Origin: an uncultured delta proteobacterium | Lineage (GTDB): Bacteria; Myxococcota_A; Polyangia; Fen-1088 | Reading direction: 5' to 3' | DNA length: 64,000 nt | Assembly: GCA_963796685.1 (NCBI GenBank) | Contig: CAWCMR010000025.1 | Span: forward strand, 1,568,001-1,632,000 | Notes under the pieces: model-generated | The model's input: the letters and a program-made list of their open reading frames with translations, nothing else | Databases searched by the model: none | Told to the model about the DNA's origin: nothing | Made by a program: the position numbers and the translations under genes | Part shown: piece by piece, positions 29,299 through 39,103 of the stretch | How positions within the stretch are numbered: position 1 is the stretch's first letter | Layout of the letters: each line of letters starts with the position of its first letter

Positions 29299-29504
29299 TA
29301 ACCTCCGACGGAGGCGGATCATCACATCGGCAGATTGGCTGTTGTGAGCTGCTGGCCTGGTCGCCTCTTCGATTCAGTAGCCGGGCCGAGCTCGTCTGAG
29401 AAACCATGCGAGGGTGTTGCCCTCCGTTTGCGGCGGGACGCAGGACCTCCTGTGGCTTTGCCGCTGTTGGGCCACACGCTCGCCCGATTGCCAGGATACC
29501 AAGC

Positions 29505-30263
29505 ATGGCACTGCAGCGGAGACATAAGACTGGTCGCGAGTTGGCTTACGACGTGGCGATGGCCACCATGAAACCCCTGGCGCATTGGGTGGCGATGACA
29601 TCGCGAGTTCCCACCACGCCCTTCTTGCGCGCCGAGGATTTTCCTTGGATCGAAAGGTTGGAGGCCCATTGGCAGGACATTCGCGCCGAGCTGGACGCCG
29701 TTCTCACGTTTCGTAACGACCTACCCGCGTTTCACGAAATCAACGGCGATGCCACCGATATCAGTAACGAGCACTGGAAGAGTTTCTTCTTCTACGGCTT
29801 TCGCCACCGCTCGGACGTCAATTGCGCCCGCTGTCCGCGGACGACCGCCCTGATCGAAGAGATCCCCGGCATGACCACTGCGCTTTTTTCCATCCTGGAG
29901 CCCGGAGCGCGTCTGCCGCCCCACTTAGGACCTTGGAAGGGGGTGATTCGATACCACCTCGGCCTGAGGGTGCCGACGGCGACCGAGAAGTGCGGACTAC
30001 AGGTCGATGGTCGGATCGCGCACTGGCAGGAGGGCAAGAGCATCGTCTTCGACGATACCTATCTGCACTCGGTGTGGAACGACACGGACCAGACCCGCGT
30101 GGTCCTGTTTCTCGACATCGTTCGGCCCTGTCGCCCGCCTGGCTCGTGGATCAACCAGGCGGTCCTCAAGGCGGCGGCATGGACGCCCTTCATCCGCAGT
30201 TCCGTACGTCGGCAGCGCGAATGGGAACGGCGCTTCGTCGAAAAGCACGGCGTGCCGGCTTGA
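29505..30263 (+). CDS. Aspartyl/asparaginyl beta-hydroxylase family (LpxO-like) dioxygenase
   Basis: LEAHWQDIRAE..WKSF..CPRT..FSILEPG..PHLGP..RYHLGL..WQEG..FDDTYLHSVWN..RVVLFLD. Confidence 0.9.
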   Translation: MALQRRHKTGRELAYDVAMATMKPLAHWVAMTSRVPTTPFLRAEDFPWIERLEAHWQDIRAELDAVLTFRNDLPAFHEINGDATDISNEHWKSFFFYGFRHRSDVNCARCPRTTALIEEIPGMTTALFSILEPGARLPPHLGPWKGVIRYHLGLRVPTATEKCGLQVDGRIAHWQEGKSIVFDDTYLHSVWNDTDQTRVVLFLDIVRPCRPPGSWINQAVLKAAAWTPFIRSSVRRQREWERRFVEKHGVPA

Positions 30264-30293
30264 TAGGACGGTTCCGCCCATCGCTCCTCGACC

Positions 30294-31883
30294 TCACCAG
30301 CGCGGGCCATTCTTGAACCTCGGGTGCGTCTGGCGTCTCGGACGGTCCCCCGGCGGGTGCGCTTTCGGGTGTCGCGCGTGGGGCTCGCGCGGCGCCGCCG
30401 GGTGCGCGCGATCGCCTGCCGGCCGCTCGGGAACGTCAGCCGAATCGGCAAGCTCCACGTCGGCTGCTTGCCTCGCCGACGGCGGTCGGAATTCCTCCCG
30501 CGCCGGTGCGGCCGGCTCCGGCGAGAGCGGAATAGGTTGGTCGACTTTGGGCGGCGGTGACTTTCTCGCGAGCAGCAGAACCACCAAGGTCACCCCGCAC
30601 AGCACGACGCCACCTGCAAGGGCGACGAGGGACATGCTGGGCACGCGGGAGAGGCGCACCCGACCTTCGTCCGGCGCGGGCGCGGATCGGGACGAGCAGC
30701 TGGAACGCGCCTTGCCGATCGCGCTAGGCCCGGAAGGTGGATCGAGCAGGGCGGTCGGCTGGTGGCGCCCGGTCGAGAGCCTTTGGCTCGGCTGCCTGGT
30801 GGTCGGGGCGATGATCGGTGCTGACGATTTCGCCTCGGCCGGCTCGAGCAGGGCGGTCGGCTCGGGGATACGCGCGCGCGGGTAGTCGCCGGCCGCCCCG
30901 CCCGCGGTGCCCGAGGTGCCCGAGGTGGTAGATGGCCCATCGACCGGCGCGGGCGTGATGCTCGCGCGCGACATCGCGGCGGCTTTCTGCAGAAACGAGG
31001 AAAAGCTCGGCGAGGGGGTCGCCAAGACGGGCGTTGCGGCGGATTTCGAGAAACGCCCGAGAACGGCGACGAGCTCGTTCATGCTCTGTGGGCGGTGCGC
31101 CGGATCCTTGCGCAGGGTGCGGGCTATCAGCTCGTCGAGCTCGGCGGGGATCCCGGGCTCGAGCGTTCTTGGCGCGGGCGGAGCCTCGGTGGCATGGGCG
31201 ACGATCAACTGGCCGGCTCCTTCGCGCACGAAGGGCGGGCGCCCCGTCGCCATCTCGAACAGGATGCAGCCCAGGGAATAGATGTCGGCGCGGTGATCGA
31301 CGTTGCCCAGCCCGCGTCCCACTTCGGGCGACATGTAGAGCGGGGCGCCCAGCAAGCTGCCGGTCTGGCTGTGCCGCACGCTCTGGGTGAAATTGGCGAC
31401 GCCGAAGTCGAGCAGCTTGACGACCGGACTCGGGACCGGGCAGGTCAGGAAGATGCTGTCGGCTTGGAGCGCGCGATGAACCATGCGCCTGCCGTGCACG
31501 ACCTGCAGGGCGGAGGCCGCCTGAACGCCGATGGCTGCCAGGCTGGGGATGTCGCCGACACTTTCCAGGTCGGCCATGGCCGTGGCCAGCGATTTGCCCG
31601 GCAGGTATTCCATGCACAGAAACGCGCGACCGCTTGCGTGCGTGCCGCAGTCGTGGATCTGGGCGATGCCGGGATGTCCGAAGAGATTCGTCGAGCGGAG
31701 CTCCGCGAAGTAGCGCGCGAGCGCGGTTCCTTCCCTGGAGAACACGGGGAAGAGAACCTTCACCGCGGCCTTCTGCCGGCTCTGCTCGTGGTCGCCCAGA
31801 AAGACCTCGCCCAGACTGCCCTCGCCCAGCTTCTGGACGAGCCGGTAGCCGCCGACCACCTCGCCGAGCATGTCGCCGGTCAC
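30294..31883 (-). CDS. Ser/Thr protein kinase-like protein with degenerate catalytic loop (probable pseudokinase), one C-terminal TM
   Basis: GEGSLG, AVK, DFG, YMSPE and DIYSLG are present, but the catalytic loop reads HRALQADS instead of HRDLKPxN. Confidence 0.88.
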   Translation of the reverse strand: MTGDMLGEVVGGYRLVQKLGEGSLGEVFLGDHEQSRQKAAVKVLFPVFSREGTALARYFAELRSTNLFGHPGIAQIHDCGTHASGRAFLCMEYLPGKSLATAMADLESVGDIPSLAAIGVQAASALQVVHGRRMVHRALQADSIFLTCPVPSPVVKLLDFGVANFTQSVRHSQTGSLLGAPLYMSPEVGRGLGNVDHRADIYSLGCILFEMATGRPPFVREGAGQLIVAHATEAPPAPRTLEPGIPAELDELIARTLRKDPAHRPQSMNELVAVLGRFSKSAATPVLATPSPSFSSFLQKAAAMSRASITPAPVDGPSTTSGTSGTAGGAAGDYPRARIPEPTALLEPAEAKSSAPIIAPTTRQPSQRLSTGRHQPTALLDPPSGPSAIGKARSSCSSRSAPAPDEGRVRLSRVPSMSLVALAGGVVLCGVTLVVLLLARKSPPPKVDQPIPLSPEPAAPAREEFRPPSARQAADVELADSADVPERPAGDRAHPAAPREPHARHPKAHPPGDRPRRQTHPRFKNGPRW

Positions 31884-33571
31884 TTCGCCCCCTGCGCGTG
31901 TTCCCGGTGCGCGAGCTTGGCGGGTCTGCCTTGGTAGTACCACTGACCGGCGGGCATGTTGCCGTCCAACCTGGCGTAGTGGCCCGTCCAGCGCGCGAGC
32001 GCCGCGCCTCGTGCCTCGGCATCGGCGAAGACCGGCAGCGCGGTCGGTGGCCCCAGCCCGGTGCGCACGCGCAGCTCGAGGGCAAGGCGCCTTTGCGAGC
32101 GCACGGTCTCGTCGCTGGCGGCAAGGCGGGCCAGCAGGGCGGCCACCGACCAGGGCTGGCCGCGGAGCATGCGGAGATGGGCCTCGGGCCCGGGGAGCGG
32201 ATTGCGATTGGGGCCCTGGATCAGGCGGCTGGCCTCTTCGAGCACGGACCCGGGCACTCAATCCGCGAACGCCGCCAGCGCGCGCACCGTGGTCGGGCAA
32301 CCCAAGCTCGCGGCGGCGAGGAGCACGGTGCCGGTATCGGCGTCGGCGTCGCAACGACTGGCCAGGTCCACGAGCAAGGCCGCATCGGAGTCGTCGCCCG
32401 CGATGGCCAGCGCGTCCACCAGCCGCTCGTCGAATTCCTCGCGCATGCGCACGCGCGCGCGCACCTCGGCCAGGGCGGAAACCGAACCGAGCGCGGCCGC
32501 GGCGAAGAGCAGGGCGTTCGACCGGCGCCGCTTTTGTGCGCGGGCTGCGTGCAACGCCACCGTGTCGGCGTGTCGTGTTTCCCCGATGCGCGCCAGCGCC
32601 AGCGCCGCTTCGACCGCCAGGTCGTCGTCGGCGTGCTCCACCAGGGGCAAGAGCTGCTCCGGCGCAAGTTGCCCGCGCTCCACCAGCAGCGGCAGCAGCA
32701 CCGCGCGAACCGCATCACTCGTCGTCTTCTCGAACACGGTGCGCGCGCACGCGACGAAGTGCTGACCAACCAGCGTGCGCAAGATCGTCAAGGCCACGGG
32801 CGCGAGCGGGGCCGCGTGCGCCGCGCGCTCGAGTACGGTCATCGAGCGCTCCTCTCCCCCGGGTGCCTGCAGATGAACCAGGGCGGCGCTGGCCACCAGG
32901 CGCTCCTCGGGCTGCTTGGCCTCGCGGCTTGCCTTCACGAAGGCAGGGATGCGCTCGCGCCCCAGCCAATCGACGGCAAGCAGGTGGGCGCGCAAAACGT
33001 CCGCGTACCGATCGAGCTCATCGAGACGGTGCGCGGACCCGTGCAGCACCGCATGCAGGGTGGCGAAACAATCGTGGAGCCCGGCCAACTGCACGTGCAC
33101 GGCCCCGACATCGAGAGCCGGAACCGCTTGTGGCCGGCGCTGCCTTGCGATCCGGGCGTGCCGTGCGGGCGGTGGGGACGGCGCCGCTTGCGGCTGCGCA
33201 AGGCTGGAGGGCACCACGGTGTGGAAGACCGACGGTCCCTGCGAGGCTGCCGGCTGGCTCGCACCCTCGTCAGGAAGGGGCGGCAGCTCGGCCTCGAGCG
33301 GGGCGAGGATGGACAGCGCCTTGGCCGCGCTCTCGAGTTGCTCTTGATCGGCCGGGCGTGTTGATTCGTAGATGCATACCAGACAGCTGCGCAGATCCGC
33401 GAGGGCTTGGCGGATCTCCTCGGGAGTAGCTTGCCCCTCGGGCGCGGTCAGCGCCTTGTCCAAGGCCTGCACCGTCCGCCGCAGGGCCGACCCCACCGCG
33501 GGCGAGGTTCCGCGCCGTCGCAGAAGTGGGCTCAGCGTCTTGCTGGCGGAGCGAATCCGTTCCCTAGCCAT
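31880..33571 (-). pseudogene. TIGR02270-like HEAT-repeat protein interrupted by an in-frame TGA at 32258-32260
   Basis: ORFs 32258..33571 and 31880..32257 are in the same frame (..AFAD*VPGS..). LDELDRYADVLRAHL and LRGQPWS..RRLALELRVRTG resemble myxobacterial TIGR02270 proteins. Confidence 0.6.
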
Positions 33572-33989
33572 GGCCTTGCTGTCGTGGTCTCTCTACTACA
33601 TTACCTCGGATCGAGGTTGGCCGACGACATTGCCGATATCGCCCAGGGACTCGTCAGGTAGCGGCCTTTGATGGGCCTGCGCTTACGACGGCATGGGCTC
33701 AAGGCCGGCGCGATGGCGCCGCGCAGTATCGCTGCTGGCAGTTTCGTGCCTATCTTACCGTCGGTTCCCCTCGGGCGGAGGTGCTGGGAGCGCACTCGCA
33801 CGGCGCCGTAGTGAGCAAGAGTTGCGCCCACTTAGCACGAGTTGGCTGTTGAATACCATTTACGAATGCGCACACTAGGGCTGGTGCCGCGCCAATCGCC
33901 GAAATGTGGCGGTATGCGTTGCTCCGATCCATACGACACCGGCATACGATACCGGATCGATTTGACATGGCCGCCACGGAGGACTCGCG

Positions 33990-36011
33990 ATGAAGTTTAG
34001 GAAAGCCTTGGACCTGTTTCCCGCATTCCTGCTGGGCTCCCTCTGCATGCTCCCGCTTTCGGGGTGCTCGCAATCGACGGGAACCACTGCGTCCAGCGGT
34101 GGCTCGACTGGCAAGGGCGGCACAGCGAGCTCGGGTGGCGTCACGTCCGCCGGCGGGTCGAGCGGCTCGGGTGGCACTACCAGCACGGGTGGCGCGACAG
34201 GGGCGGGCGGCACCACCAGCTCGGGTGGCGCGACGGGAGCAGGCGGCAGCAACGCAGGGGGGACCAAGGGCGGCGGCGGCGCGACCGGCCAGGGCGGTTC
34301 GACGAACGTGGATGCGGCGGCTGGCGGGACAACCAGCAATGGCGGTGCGACGAGCAATGGCGGTGCGACGGGAAATGGAGGCGCGACAGGCAAGGGCGGC
34401 GCGACAGGCAATGGCGGTGCGACAGGCAACGGCGGTGCGACAGGCAACGGCGGTGCGACAGGCAACGGCGGTGCGACGGGCGGCGGCGGTACGATGGCTG
34501 ATGGTGGCGGGACCTTGGACTGTGGGGCGGCTACTGCCGTGGTGACCTATCCCACCCTACCCGGTGCCGTACAAAGTCCGCTTTACACCGTGACAGCCAA
34601 CGGCACGTCACAATTCGTGGAGAAGCTGACCAAGTTCAGCCAAGAGATGCAGGTCCACTACGCCAACTTCTCGGTAGCGAGCGGATGTACTGCCAACGTC
34701 TCGGTGACGGTCGCACAGAGCTTCTCCTCTTATACGGTCAGTCCCAAGAGCAAGAACATTGCCGTGACCAAGAATGGCAACGCCATCACGTTCAGCAGCG
34801 GTCCCAACTTTCTGATACTCCAGTTCGATTCCAAGGAGCTGTTGTTCATCCTCATCGATGACCAAGAATCGAATCCGCCGAAACTGGGCGATGCCAATGT
34901 GAAAAACCTCGCAGACTATACCGTGGACAACACGGGCGGGACCCTCGTGACCTCGAAGATTCAATCTGCAATCAACGCCGCCTCCGGGGCAACGCAGAAT
35001 ATTCTCTATGTTCCACCAGGTAGGTACAAGACCGGCGAGCTCTCGCTGAAGAGCAACATGACCTTGTATCTTGCTGCCGGCTCTATCCTCGACGGCTCGA
35101 CGAACACGGCAGACTACGCCGCTGCCGGGCCCGCCGACGAAAACACTACCCACGGCGTGGTCCACCTGAACAACGTCACCAACACCAGTATCCTGGGCCG
35201 CGGGGTGATCGATGGCAACGGGTCGGTGATTCGTGGCACCAGCAATGACACTCCCAGTTTCAAGATCAATGCCCTGAGAATCGACCAGAGCACAAAGGTT
35301 ACAATCGATGGGATTCTCGTCCGGGACCCGGTGTTCTGGAACACGCTCACGTACATGAGCGATCAGGTCACGATTCAGAACTACAAGGTGATCAACCGCC
35401 GGCCCACCACCACGACGTACAACCAGACGGATGGCGTGGACTTCGACGCCTCCAGCAACTGTACGCTCTACAACGCGTTCGTTTATAGCGGGGACGACAG
35501 CCTGTCGCCCAAGACCGAGCAAGAGGCCAACCGGGATACGTCCAACATCACGTATCAAAAGGTGGTGCTCTACAGCAACTCGGGCGGATGCAAGGTCGGC
35601 ACGAAGACCTTCGGGAGCACGATGACCGGAATCTTGTTCCAAGATCTCGACATCGTGAAGGCTGGACGCGCCATGGTGATTGATGCCAACGACACGGCTT
35701 TGATTTCGGGGACCACATACAAAGACATCAGGATCGAGGCCGCCGACAGCAATCTGATCGATCTGGAAGAGGACAATGCACCCACCTGGCGTACCGCTCC
35801 CAACACATCGATTGCCAAGGACACGTATTTCACGAACATCACCGCGAGTGTCAACAAACTGATCAACATTCACGGCAAGTCATCGACCGTCAACATCAAT
35901 GGCGTTCACTTCAGCGGCTTCACTGTTCAAGGTAAGGCGATAACCAGTCAGACCGACTCCGACGCCACTTGGAGCATAAACTCGTACGTTTCCAACATTA
36001 CGTTCCAATGA
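33990..36011 (+). CDS. Lipoprotein glycoside hydrolase, GH28-like parallel beta-helix
   Basis: Lipobox LSGC, Gly/Thr linker, LYVPPGRY..LKSNMTLYL, GRGVIDGNG, NQTDGVD, SGDD. Confidence 0.85.
   Translation: MKFRKALDLFPAFLLGSLCMLPLSGCSQSTGTTASSGGSTGKGGTASSGGVTSAGGSSGSGGTTSTGGATGAGGTTSSGGATGAGGSNAGGTKGGGGATGQGGSTNVDAAAGGTTSNGGATSNGGATGNGGATGKGGATGNGGATGNGGATGNGGATGNGGATGGGGTMADGGGTLDCGAATAVVTYPTLPGAVQSPLYTVTANGTSQFVEKLTKFSQEMQVHYANFSVASGCTANVSVTVAQSFSSYTVSPKSKNIAVTKNGNAITFSSGPNFLILQFDSKELLFILIDDQESNPPKLGDANVKNLADYTVDNTGGTLVTSKIQSAINAASGATQNILYVPPGRYKTGELSLKSNMTLYLAAGSILDGSTNTADYAAAGPADENTTHGVVHLNNVTNTSILGRGVIDGNGSVIRGTSNDTPSFKINALRIDQSTKVTIDGILVRDPVFWNTLTYMSDQVTIQNYKVINRRPTTTTYNQTDGVDFDASSNCTLYNAFVYSGDDSLSPKTEQEANRDTSNITYQKVVLYSNSGGCKVGTKTFGSTMTGILFQDLDIVKAGRAMVIDANDTALISGTTYKDIRIEAADSNLIDLEEDNAPTWRTAPNTSIAKDTYFTNITASVNKLINIHGKSSTVNINGVHFSGFTVQGKAITSQTDSDATWSINSYVSNITFQ
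34335..34480 (+). repeat. 18-bp tandem repeat encoding (NGGATG)n
   Basis: ggcggtgcgacaggcaac-type units, about 8 copies. Confidence 0.9.
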
Positions 36012-36139
36012 GCAGGCGAAAGTCCGGGTGCGGTCCCGCCCGAGCGCAGGTCAGTCGAGCGGTCCGCAGGGCTTGTCTTGGGCGGATGGTCGTGGGCATG
36101 GAGAGCGGTGAACCTGGTCGCGAAGCGCTGGGATTGCAC

Positions 36140-36315
36140 AGAAGGCACGGGGGGCCGTAGGCCGCCAGATCTCTGTCCACCGTCAAGAGCGTCAGACCTT
36201 CGCTGTGGGCCTGGGCAAGGAGAATCCGATCGAATGGGTCCTTGTGCAGAGACACAGCCTGGCGATTTCGTCGCGCCCCATCTCGTCGAAGTCCTTCGGA
36301 ACAATCCCTGTCATC
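36140..36315 (-). pseudogene. Remnant of a Phd-type antitoxin / PIN (VapC) toxin pair
   Basis: Antitoxin-like C-terminus GIVPKDFDEMGRDEIARL abuts, in another frame, the PIN C-terminus LHKDPFDRILLAQAHSEGLTLLTVDRDLAAY. Confidence 0.75.
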
Positions 36316-36618
36316 TCGCGCTGGATCGCGGGGCAACGTCGACTGACCGATGTGTACGGTCGGCTCTCGCCACGCACGGCAAGGTGACTGCGCCCACGGT
36401 GCAAGGAAAGATCTCCTTGCGTATGATTGCTTCCGGGATTAGGCAGTGTGACGCAGCTCCAAGGTGGCCTGGAACCAGCGGCCCCTGCCCGGTGTCGTGG
36501 CCTGAATCAGGCCGGGTAAATTCTAGGTAAACCTTCGCCGCCTTGGCCACGACCGAAGACGCCGACCGGCGACATCAAGGGAAAACCGTAGGGACCAAAC
36601 GGCATCAAAAGAACGAAG

Positions 36619-38124
36619 ATGAGCGGAGAGCTGCAACGCCAAACCGACCTCGAGACGATCTTGCGTCCCAACCAGATCGTGGCGGGGAGGTATCGCGTCG
36701 AGCGGCTCATGGCCGAGGGCGGAATGGCAGCGGTGTGGGCGGGGGTCAACCAGCGCACCGGAAAGCGCGTCGCGCTCAAGATCATCCTTCGCTCGATGGC
36801 CGCGATTGGCGAGGCCGCCGAGCTGTTCCGCCAAGAGGCGTTGGCGGCGAGCAGGGTCAATCACCCCAACGTGGTCAGCATCTTCGACGTGATCGATCAC
36901 GAGGGCATGACGTGCATCGTGATGGAGCTCCTGGAGGGCGAAACGCTCGCCACCTACCTGGCAAGGAAAGGCCCCCTCGGCCTGGACGAGTCGGCGACTT
37001 TGCTGGTACCGGCCATGCGCGGTGTCGCCGCTGCCAACGCCATGGGCGTGGTCCACCGCGATCTGAAGCCGGGCAACATCTTTCTTTGCAGCGACAGCGA
37101 GGGTCGCTTGCTTGCGTGCAAGGTTCTCGACTTTGGCATTTCGACCATGATGGGGCAGGTGGGCGAGCATGCCTCCGCGACCGGCCTGCTCTCCATGCTC
37201 GGCACGCCGGCCTACATGTCCCCCGAAGCCATCGAGTGCTCCCCCACCATCGACAAGCGCGCGGACGTGTACGGATTCGGCGTCGTCTTTTTCGAAATGC
37301 TGACCGGCCAAGTGCCGTTTCCCGGGGAGCCAGGAACCGCGTTGCTCGCGCGCATCGTGGACGATCCCCCGCCCAAGGTGACCGAGTACCGTCCCGACCT
37401 GCCCGTCGAGGTGGCGAACATCATCGATCGCGCGCTGGCCAAGAGGCCCGAAGACCGCTTCCCCGACTTGGAGCACTTCATCCGCACCATCGAAGACCAT
37501 GTGCTGCCGCCGGTGCAAGGGCTGCGCGTGCCGACACCGAGCGCGGGTACGGCCTCCCGCGGCGAGACCATGATGCTCTACTCGATGACGGACGAATCCT
37601 TGCGCAGGACCGAGCGGGCCACGGTCCTGGTCCCGGGTGGAAGACGGACGCACATCATCCATTTGGCGTGGACAATGTGGACGCGACTCTCCGACGGGTG
37701 GCGCTCTGTCCGGCGGCGAGCCACGATCGGCGGCGCGGTGGCACTCTTGGGCGGCTGGGGACGGTTCCTCCAGCGGCGGGCCGCGATCGGTGCCGCCGTG
37801 GCGCTCTTGCTGATTTTGATGGCGTGGCTTGCGTTTCCCCATTCCCGGCTCGCGCGCGAGGGGCATTCGGCGAATCTCTACCCCCTTGTCGTCCCGATGC
37901 GCGGGCCACAGGTGACAGAGCTGCCAAGTCCGCCCAGCTTGGCTCCTGTCCCGACACGGATCGAGGCCCCGCGTCCGATCACCGCGAGCCCTGCCGCCGG
38001 CGCTGCCGCGCCACTTTCCAGTAAGCGCCTTGCACCAACGGTGACCAAGCCACGTAGGCGCCGTGTGGTTACGGTCCACGCCCTGCCTCTGCGCGCGGGA
38101 AGGCTGTTTCCGTCCGATTTCTAA
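36619..38124 (+). CDS. Ser/Thr protein kinase, membrane-anchored
   Basis: EGGMAAV, VALK, HRDLKPGN, DFG, GTPAYMSPE, DVYGFG; TM near the C-terminus. Confidence 0.94.
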   Translation: MSGELQRQTDLETILRPNQIVAGRYRVERLMAEGGMAAVWAGVNQRTGKRVALKIILRSMAAIGEAAELFRQEALAASRVNHPNVVSIFDVIDHEGMTCIVMELLEGETLATYLARKGPLGLDESATLLVPAMRGVAAANAMGVVHRDLKPGNIFLCSDSEGRLLACKVLDFGISTMMGQVGEHASATGLLSMLGTPAYMSPEAIECSPTIDKRADVYGFGVVFFEMLTGQVPFPGEPGTALLARIVDDPPPKVTEYRPDLPVEVANIIDRALAKRPEDRFPDLEHFIRTIEDHVLPPVQGLRVPTPSAGTASRGETMMLYSMTDESLRRTERATVLVPGGRRTHIIHLAWTMWTRLSDGWRSVRRRATIGGAVALLGGWGRFLQRRAAIGAAVALLLILMAWLAFPHSRLAREGHSANLYPLVVPMRGPQVTELPSPPSLAPVPTRIEAPRPITASPAAGAAAPLSSKRLAPTVTKPRRRRVVTVHALPLRAGRLFPSDF

Positions 38125-38161
38125 AGCGTCGTGGCGTGTGGCCGGGGCAGCCGCGCAGGGG

Positions 38162-39091
38162 TCATGGTGGAGCGAGCGGAGGCCCACCGAGACCGTCGGC
38201 CTCGGAGTTGGCGGCGAGCGCGAGTTGCAAGTCGCTTCGCAAATCGCCGAGCAGGCGGTCGTCCAGGATGGCTCGTCCCGCGCGCGTGGCCTCGTCGAGG
38301 GTGTGTCCCAGGCCGAGCAGCGCCCGCAGAATCTCCTGCAGGGCCTTCGTGCTGCGCTCGGTTTCGCCCGGCCAGCCCTCGGCCAGGCCGCGGCGGCGCT
38401 CGTGCTCCAGTCGCCGAGCATGCTCACCCAAGGATCGAATCGCCGGCAACAATTGCTGGTGTACCGGATCGCCACGGCGCAAGCGACGGCTGAGCTTGGC
38501 CGCCAGTCGGGAGATCTGTTCGGCGAGGGCGGGTGTTCGCCGTCGGCGCCTGCGCAACCAAAACCACCCGACGAGCGCGACCAGTGGCCCGGTCGCGGCC
38601 AGGTCGTATTGCCAGGGTGCACGGAGCGGCCTGGCGAGGGCCGCACCCAGGCTGCCGGAACCTGGACATTCCACCGTCACATCCCCCGAGAGCGATCGTG
38701 TGAAGTCGGCGACCGAGAGCAGGCGCGCTTGCGCCAATTCGAGCGTGCGCGGAACCAGGCAGGGCGAGGCGACCTCCGCCGCTTGACAGGCCGCTCCCGC
38801 CGCTCCGGTTGCGATCAAGCGGTATCGATGTTGCTCGGGATCGCGCCACACCACGCGCAGGCCGCCCGCCTCGGCGTCGACAAGGCCGCCGGGTACAGCT
38901 CGGTTGTCCAAGGTGGAGGTCATGGCGTCCAGCACGGTGCCGTCGTGGTGGGAATGAACCACGCCCTGGATCGCGATTTCGCCGTCTGCATCGAGGGCAA
39001 CGGGGCGTACCGCGAAGAGATCGAGCGTGTCGGACCACGCCGTCGCCGGAACCCCAGACACCAGCGCCAGAAGTATGAAGCGAGCAAGCAT
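38162..39091 (-). CDS. Hypothetical exported protein with central TM and helical cytoplasmic tail
   Basis: Signal peptide; TM LAATGPLVALVGWFWL followed by RRRRRR; 12 bp downstream of the vWA gene. Confidence 0.7.
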   Translation of the reverse strand: MLARFILLALVSGVPATAWSDTLDLFAVRPVALDADGEIAIQGVVHSHHDGTVLDAMTSTLDNRAVPGGLVDAEAGGLRVVWRDPEQHRYRLIATGAAGAACQAAEVASPCLVPRTLELAQARLLSVADFTRSLSGDVTVECPGSGSLGAALARPLRAPWQYDLAATGPLVALVGWFWLRRRRRRTPALAEQISRLAAKLSRRLRRGDPVHQQLLPAIRSLGEHARRLEHERRRGLAEGWPGETERSTKALQEILRALLGLGHTLDEATRAGRAILDDRLLGDLRSDLQLALAANSEADGLGGPPLAPP

Positions 39092-39103
39092 GGCACCCCC
39101 TAG

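Noticed and set aside
32258-32260. Selenocysteine codon
   Set aside because: No redox motif context and no evident SECIS; kept only as a low-probability alternative in the findings.
36012-36040. gaaagtccggg resembling the RNase P RNA 5' conserved motif
   Set aside because: It lacks the full GAGGAAAGTCC context, and no 3' conserved motif or supporting helices were seen.
36427-36470. tgtgacgcagctcca as a CRP/FNR-type site upstream of the kinase
   Set aside because: Only one half-site matches well; too weak to support.
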